Notes under the pieces: model-generated
The model's input: only the letters and a program-made list of their open reading frames with translations
Told to the model about the DNA's origin: nothing
Database searches by the model: none
Assembly: GCA_965207075.1 (NCBI GenBank)
Contig: CBDBLO010000002.1
Span: 320,001 to 384,000 of the forward strand
Origin: Nitrosopumilus sp.
Lineage (GTDB): Archaea > Thermoproteota > Nitrososphaeria > Nitrososphaerales > Nitrosopumilaceae
Length of the DNA: 64,000 nt
Direction of reading: 5' to 3'
Shown here: piece by piece, positions 58,284 through 64,000 of the stretch
Layout: each line of letters begins with the position of its first letter
How positions within the stretch are numbered: the first letter of the stretch is position 1
Translations under genes and position numbers: made by a program

Positions 58284-59333
58284 TTATGGCGGACTGATGC
58301 CTTCCAGTATGCCGCTTATCACCGCATCCGGCGTGATCCCCTTCTCCTCTGCCTCAAACGTCGGTATTATCCTGTGCCGCAACACGTCGTGCGCCATCTC
58401 CTTTACGTCCTCTGGCGTCACAAATCCCCTGCCGTTTACCAGCGCGCGGCCCCTTGCCGTCCTGACAAGCCATATCGAGGCCCTCGGAGAGGCGCCAAGC
58501 TCCACAGTTCCAGACATGCCCTTGATGCCGTACTCGTCGGGATCTCTGGTCGCCCGTACCACGTCGGTCACGTACTCTGAGACCAGATCGTCGACGTAAA
58601 TGCCCTCGCAGAACCCCTGCATCTCTGCAGCCTCTTCTGGGCTTGATATGGCCGGGGCGTCTCCCGGGCTGCCCGCCGCATTCTTGCTTATGATCTCCAT
58701 CTCCTCCTCCTTGGTGGGGTACGTCATTGCCAGCTTCATCGCGAACCTGTCTATCTGCGCCTCGGGAAGCCTGTAGGTTCCCTCGTTCTCTATGGGATTC
58801 TGCGTTGCAAACACCAGGAACGGCTTGCCAAGCTCGTACGTGTCCCCGTGTATGCTCACCTGCCTCTCCTGCATGGCTTCCAGCAGGGCAGACTGGACCT
58901 TTGGGGGCGCCCTGTTTATCTCGTCGGCCAGCACAAAGCTGTGGAATATGGGGCCTTTTTCGGTTACAAACGGACTGCCGGCGGCCGTCCCTCCCGCGCC
59001 GTCTCCTCTCCTCCCGGCATAAATCTTGGTCCCTATGATGTCAGCGGGCAGCAGGTCGGGCGTGAACTGTATCCTCACGCTGTCGGCGCCAAATATCTGG
59101 GACATCGTCTTTACCATGAGCGTCTTTGCAAGGCCCGGGACGCTCTCGACTAGCACGTGTCCGTCTGTTATGACCCCGATCAGCATGCGCTCCAGCGCGT
59201 GGTGCTGCCCCGTTATCCTCTTGTGGGACTCGTCAAGTATGCTGCGCAGTGTGCCGCCGTACTTTTGGGCGCGCTCATTGAGCTCGATCATTCTGTCGTC
59301 CGACATGGAATATCTTACCTCGGCATCCTGCAT
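58284..59333 (-). CDS. moxR: MoxR family AAA+ ATPase
   Basis: ESVPGLAKT, RIQFTPDLLPAD, DEINRAPPKVQSALLEAM, ATQNPIE, GASPRA. Confidence 0.95.
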   Translation of the reverse strand: MQDAEVRYSMSDDRMIELNERAQKYGGTLRSILDESHKRITGQHHALERMLIGVITDGHVLVESVPGLAKTLMVKTMSQIFGADSVRIQFTPDLLPADIIGTKIYAGRRGDGAGGTAAGSPFVTEKGPIFHSFVLADEINRAPPKVQSALLEAMQERQVSIHGDTYELGKPFLVFATQNPIENEGTYRLPEAQIDRFAMKLAMTYPTKEEEMEIISKNAAGSPGDAPAISSPEEAAEMQGFCEGIYVDDLVSEYVTDVVRATRDPDEYGIKGMSGTVELGASPRASIWLVRTARGRALVNGRGFVTPEDVKEMAHDVLRHRIIPTFEAEEKGITPDAVISGILEGISPP

Positions 59334-59722
59334 TGCCCTGCTGCAGGGCCAGCCCTTAATTAATACCGTCGCCGATTCTCAAAATGTACCAACGGTGACA
59401 GTCACGTACAAAAAGCCGGACCCTCTAATTTTTTTGCGTTGCTTTATTTTGCTTTATTCTGCTTTGCCTTTCTTTGACAGACAATCGGCGCGTTATCGTG
59501 TACTGACCGGCGCGCCTGTTGCGCAGGTGTGGGCCGCCGCACCTGTTTTTTGCAAAACTCACTGCTACCAAGCTCGTACTGGCGCGCAGTGGCGGCCGGC
59601 GCCTGTGGCCGCAGCGGGGCGGCGCTGCGCCGCGACGCATGGCGCGCGACGGCGCAGTTAAAAGACGGCGACATGTATATTCATACGTGCCCTGCACGCC
59701 CGCGCAGTTTAATCTGAAGCGC

Positions 59723-61234
59723 ATGCGCCTGCCCGTTGCAACTGCAACGGCCACCGTGCTTTTAGTTGTCGCCGCCACCATGATCTCGGTTGTACACGCG
59801 CAGGCCGATGACCTTGTAGTCCGCTGGTCGGTAGAGGGGCAGCCGCACCCACAGACGGAGTCGGGCGCCGTGGGGGGCGAAGGGGGTGACAGTGGCGACG
59901 TGACAGTGGTAGTCGAGAGGTATACCGGTGATGATGATGCGGATGCTGGAGCCGACGGCGGCCCCGCATATGACGATTCCCGAGCCGCGTCGCCGCCGGG
60001 ACTGGAACGGGAATTCAGATACGACAGGTTTGTCACTGGCAACCAGTACTCTGTGGGCGACTACAGGATATCAATATTCTCTGAGGAGGGGCAGCTGCTC
60101 AACCAGATCATAATAGACCAGCAGGAGCTGCAGGCCGAGAGCTTTCGCCACAAGATCAAATACTATGACAGGTTCTCCGACGGCTATGTGGAGATTGCCG
60201 AAGCCCTGCTGGATCCTATCAGCAAGCAGATGTACCTCATAGCGGGATCCGCATACGACTATCCTGTAAACTCCAACCTGGAGGTCTTTGTGCTGGAGCG
60301 CGGCTACTCGCTAGACAACCTGCAGGCCATACCGAACGACATCTTCTCGCCGATGGAGTTTACGTTCGGACGCGAACTGCTCGGGGAGTCGGCCCTGACG
60401 GGGAAGGGGGCAGGCGACCTGCGCGCGTATTCCCCAAACCATATGGTATTTGACGAGCCCCAGCTGGAATCCCGGATGATAGAGTCCCTCTCGGGGCAGG
60501 CGTCTGGCATAATAGGGCAGGTCCTCCTTGCCCCGGACAAACCGGAACCGGAGCCCGAGCTGTACAGCCTGTCGAGTCCGGAACCATTACTGCCCGACAC
60601 GGACGAGTCGCAGCAGTCTGCCGTTCCGATAATAAGCGACCTGTTTGGCGACAGGCCGCGGCCCAGCTTTGAGGATGCGGGGCGCGTCCGTGCAGGCCTG
60701 GAAAACCTCGATGCAAAAACGCCGGCGTTTCCCGCGCAGGAGCGGGACGGGAATGTCCAGCTTGCCATTATCTTGGCTGCATCCGCAGCCGCTGGACTGG
60801 CCGCCGCCGGCTATGCCGCGTGGAGAATGCGCCAAAAAAGGCATGCCGAGCCCGAGGAACCGTTGCTGGTAGCGGCCGGTGAGGCAGAACCCGAAACCTC
60901 ATACGACTATAGGGGGCTGGCGGGTCGGATGCTGTCGCATGCGCGCGACCTTTATGACGCGGGGCGGCGCAAAGAGGCCCACGAGACGCTCGGGCATGCG
61001 ATCCGGCTCTTCTACGCACACCGTACGGGACTGCGGGGGCGGCCCACAAACGAGGAGCTGCTCGCGCGCATGCGGCAGAAGCTTGGCTCCTCCAGTGTAG
61101 AGTACGAGACGGTCAGGAAGTGGCTTGTGGCGTGCGGCAGCGTCGAGTATGCGCGATACAGGCCGGATTCCAAAAGGTTTGCCGACGTTGTGGATGAGTT
61201 CTCCGGCGTACTGGCAGGGTCGGCAGAGGATTAG
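59723..61234 (+). CDS. Secreted single-pass membrane protein with DUF4129-like cytoplasmic C-terminus
   Basis: Signal peptide, acidic ectodomain, TM, then 'AIRLFY...TNEELL...VEYARY' typical of MoxR/Bat-associated proteins. Confidence 0.7.
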   Translation: MRLPVATATATVLLVVAATMISVVHAQADDLVVRWSVEGQPHPQTESGAVGGEGGDSGDVTVVVERYTGDDDADAGADGGPAYDDSRAASPPGLEREFRYDRFVTGNQYSVGDYRISIFSEEGQLLNQIIIDQQELQAESFRHKIKYYDRFSDGYVEIAEALLDPISKQMYLIAGSAYDYPVNSNLEVFVLERGYSLDNLQAIPNDIFSPMEFTFGRELLGESALTGKGAGDLRAYSPNHMVFDEPQLESRMIESLSGQASGIIGQVLLAPDKPEPEPELYSLSSPEPLLPDTDESQQSAVPIISDLFGDRPRPSFEDAGRVRAGLENLDAKTPAFPAQERDGNVQLAIILAASAAAGLAAAGYAAWRMRQKRHAEPEEPLLVAAGEAEPETSYDYRGLAGRMLSHARDLYDAGRRKEAHETLGHAIRLFYAHRTGLRGRPTNEELLARMRQKLGSSSVEYETVRKWLVACGSVEYARYRPDSKRFADVVDEFSGVLAGSAED

Positions 61235-61309
61235 CGCATATCCTGCGTGTCCCGCCCGCCGGCGACGGGGGGGGGGGGGTGGAGTGGAGAGGACAGGAGG
61301 CCCTGAACC

Positions 61310-62713
61310 CTACGGTGTCTTGCAAAGGGCAAAGTTCCCGTCCCATTTTACGTGTCCGTAAAACCGCTTTGTCTCAAACTCGCCCAGGTCTGCAAACGAT
61401 ATCGACGTCCTGCCTGTGATGTTTTCGTCCCAGTCCACGAATACTATGTCCACATCGGTTATGTTTCGAGGAATTTCGTCGTTAGTGTACGCGCCCGTGA
61501 TCGTTATGGTGCCAAAGTCGTCACGCGAGCAGAAAAGCTCCGACATCCCGTATCTGGGAGATGTTTCTGGATCCGTCTGTTGCTGCTGGCCCGTGGCCGC
61601 AACAACGTCGTCCCCTGCATCCTCCCCGGTGTCCGCAACGTCCGCGCTCGGCTTGCTTTGGGTTGGGGTTCCAGCATCATCATGCACCAGGGGATTTTCT
61701 TGCAGCGCGCGGACGAGCATGCCCGCAGAATATGAGTCGTTGCCGCTTATGGCAAATATCTTTCTGATTATTCCATCCATGATGTTCGTGGTGGGTTCCG
61801 TCCTGTCAATCTCGATGTCCGGCGCCCTGTACAGGTAATGCTCACCGTACGCGTCAAATATGACGGCCTGTATTATCAGGTCGTTGTACGCGCAGGTGGT
61901 GACCGCCCCTTCGTCTGAATATCCAAAGATGCATTCGATGCCGTCTGATACGCGCCCCGTCATATGCGCCGATTCAAAAAGAGACTGTATGGTCTGGTTT
62001 GTGTAATCGGCCCAATAGTCGTAGGCGCCTGTCTGGCCGGAGAGTCGCGTAATGCTCATGTACATGGTGGGAATCTTGTACTTGTTGAATACGGGATCGT
62101 ATGTCCTGCTAATGTCCCTCATCAGGACCCTGACAGAATCCGCCGCCCCCTCCGTCTTGTCAAATCCCTCCTCCGTGGAAACAAACCTCCATTTTGACAC
62201 CTTTGTTATCCTGTCTACCTCGCGCTCTGTCAGGAGAAGGCTCGTTAGGGGCATCTCCTCCAATGCCTGACGCGCTTCCGCCTCTATGTCAAATTCCATG
62301 CCTTGCATGCCGTCCCGGCTGAGATATCCTGCCTTGCCAAAGTGATGTACGGCGCTCACAAACTGCCCGTCGGTGATCTTCCCATCCAACCACCATGCCG
62401 TCCTAGTTTCGATCCACTCGATCACCCGCGGCGTGAGAGGGGCCGCCATAGAGGCCGTGCCTGCTTCCGTAGCCGGAACGTTCATGGAGCCAGGCACGTC
62501 ATCCCTTGCCAGTTCGGACCTAGACAGTATGGTGAGCGCGTCCCAGAAATCACCGTCGGCAATCTCGCCCTCAAGCCACCTCTCGGCCGCCTCCCTGGCC
62601 CAGTCCAGAATTTCAGCATTGTGTTCTTCCTGCGCCACAACGACGGACGCTTGTGCTGCCAGCATGACGGCAAGCGTTACTACGGCCATCATTACCATAA
62701 CGAGCCCTAGCAT
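61310..62713 (-). CDS. Secreted hypothetical protein with degenerate Trp-rich repeats and C-terminal Ig-like domain
   Basis: Signal peptide, W...A..WL.G.I.D..F repeats x2 at the N-terminus, C-terminal 'ITGAYTN...F.D......G...L...ETK.F' domain. Confidence 0.75.
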   Translation of the reverse strand: MLGLVMVMMAVVTLAVMLAAQASVVVAQEEHNAEILDWAREAAERWLEGEIADGDFWDALTILSRSELARDDVPGSMNVPATEAGTASMAAPLTPRVIEWIETRTAWWLDGKITDGQFVSAVHHFGKAGYLSRDGMQGMEFDIEAEARQALEEMPLTSLLLTEREVDRITKVSKWRFVSTEEGFDKTEGAADSVRVLMRDISRTYDPVFNKYKIPTMYMSITRLSGQTGAYDYWADYTNQTIQSLFESAHMTGRVSDGIECIFGYSDEGAVTTCAYNDLIIQAVIFDAYGEHYLYRAPDIEIDRTEPTTNIMDGIIRKIFAISGNDSYSAGMLVRALQENPLVHDDAGTPTQSKPSADVADTGEDAGDDVVAATGQQQQTDPETSPRYGMSELFCSRDDFGTITITGAYTNDEIPRNITDVDIVFVDWDENITGRTSISFADLGEFETKRFYGHVKWDGNFALCKTP

Positions 62714-62816
62714 CAGCTAGTGCATGATCAATATATGTGTCCTCTGGCTATGACTGAATTGGTACATATTTCAAATACGCGCCTTATTTTTTATAGGCAA
62801 ATCCGCTATGTGATAT

Positions 62817-64000
62817 ATGGCAGGTCTGCAGGACAAAACAATTCTGGCCGGTACTATGATAATATTGATTATAGGCGCCGCTGCGATCGCCCCAGCGCTG
62901 TTGCAGTCTGCATCAGCTGAGACAGGTTTTACAATTGTAAAAAAGACTGCCGGAATCATAATGAAATTCTGTACAAACGAGGCGTTCACCCTGCAGGACT
63001 GCAACGAAAGGTATGAGGGGCTCGGATGGACGGATCGAATAAACGTCCTGATATATGCGCCGGGCTGGAACGACGACTCTGACAAGATAGACGTTATCGG
63101 CACGCCAGAGAATCCAATCAAGGTGTATACTGGCCCGCAGAGAGTCACGGAGGTGGACTTTTCGGAGACCGGATTTGATACTGGAATATTCATGGGCGTC
63201 GTCAAGATGACCGGGGCGCCTAACTATCTCGTGCACGATTCGTTTCACACTAGTATATCTACCCATGGCGTGACCGGTTCCACCGAAAACGGGCCTCCCA
63301 CTCATGGCGGGGGGCATTCAGGCGGCCATGGCGGCATGACCGCGCCACAGCACGGCGGAGGCCATGGCATGACCGCGCCCGACATGACCGCGCCACAGCA
63401 CGGCGGAGGCCATGGCATGACCGCGCCCGACATGACCGCGCCACAGCACGGCGGAGGCCATGGCATGACCGCGCCCGACATGACCGCGCCACAGCACGGC
63501 GGAGGCCATGGCATGACCGCGCCCGACATGACCGCGCCCGACATGACCGCGCCACAGCATGACCGCGGCGCCGAGATCTCATCTCATGACCGCGCCGTCC
63601 TGATAGCAACAGAACCGCAAGACGGACGGATTACCGTATCCTGGGAACCAAACGAGGACACGATCATACAAAAATCTGCGACATACGAATGGGAGATTGG
63701 AGAGGTTCAATTCCACAAACCAGTATATGACGTCAACGAAAAGGTCACGTTCTTCTTGCGCGACAAGGATCTGTGGATACACCACGCCGAATTCCACACC
63801 AATTATGTCCGTGTATATTCTGATACTGATCTTACCGGAATTCATGTGGGTGTACAATTTACTCCATTTATGGAGCACGCCACCGTCCAAGACGGGTTCA
63901 GTGACAGACACCTTACGGAGCCTGCCGCAAGCTCGCTTACGAAATATACGGAAGACGGCAGGTGGAAGGTCTACTTTTGGTGGGAGCCTGGGGGGCTGCT
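62817..64000 (+). CDS. Secreted surface protein with His/Met-rich repeat, 3'-truncated (absent from the ORF track)
   Basis: Manual translation MAGLQDKTILAGTMIILIIGAAAIAPALLQSASA-ETGF... is open to the window end. Contains ETGFDTGIFMG and VYSDTD motifs like thaumarchaeal surface/S-layer-related domains. Confidence 0.8.
   Translation, partial: MAGLQDKTILAGTMIILIIGAAAIAPALLQSASAETGFTIVKKTAGIIMKFCTNEAFTLQDCNERYEGLGWTDRINVLIYAPGWNDDSDKIDVIGTPENPIKVYTGPQRVTEVDFSETGFDTGIFMGVVKMTGAPNYLVHDSFHTSISTHGVTGSTENGPPTHGGGHSGGHGGMTAPQHGGGHGMTAPDMTAPQHGGGHGMTAPDMTAPQHGGGHGMTAPDMTAPQHGGGHGMTAPDMTAPDMTAPQHDRGAEISSHDRAVLIATEPQDGRITVSWEPNEDTIIQKSATYEWEIGEVQFHKPVYDVNEKVTFFLRDKDLWIHHAEFHTNYVRVYSDTDLTGIHVGVQFTPFMEHATVQDGFSDRHLTEPAASSLTKYTEDGRWKVYFWWEPGGL
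63335..63557 (+). repeat. 48-bp coding tandem repeat x4 plus partial units (MTAPQHGGGHGMTAPD)
   Basis: CATGACCGCGCCACAGCACGGCGGAGGCCATGGCATGACCGCGCCCGA at 63335, 63383, 63431 and 63479. Confidence 0.95.

Noticed and set aside
40557-63557. Tandem arrays as CRISPR arrays
   Set aside because: Units are head-to-tail with no unique spacers, lengths are multiples of 3, all lie in frame inside CDSs, and no cas genes are present.

Overview
High-GC archaeal chromosome segment. Gene content (GatDE, Cdc48, Pelota, A-type ATP synthase, Amt, archaeal SRP RNA, PEFG-/CFI-box-CTERM surface proteins, 'IPxWIK..AGWW' repeats) points to an ammonia-oxidising thaumarchaeon (Nitrosopumilaceae). The high GC and Gly-rich insertions in core proteins suggest a Cenarchaeum-like host-associated lineage (inference). 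Positions 1-37.9 kb are mostly housekeeping, with three notable exceptions: (i) a divergent thermosome-like gene whose two hydrolysis-linked Asp positions are substituted and which carries a His/Cys-rich tail, next to a sodium:solute symporter; (ii) a secreted vanadium-haloperoxidase-like gene beside a probable decayed TnpB remnant; (iii) a stand-alone NurA-HerA pair without Mre11/Rad50. Positions 38-64 kb form a metal-handling and cell-surface region. It holds a NikR-fold regulator, ZnuABC plus a duplicated ZnuA, a CopC-CopD-beta-propeller fusion, a cupredoxin with a (MMDDEA)15 stalk, three paralogous secreted proteins with a predicted mature N-terminal His but three different C-terminal anchors, a MoxR-DUF58-vWA operon and a truncated surface protein with His/Met repeats. 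All calls come from reading motifs by eye. No database search was run.
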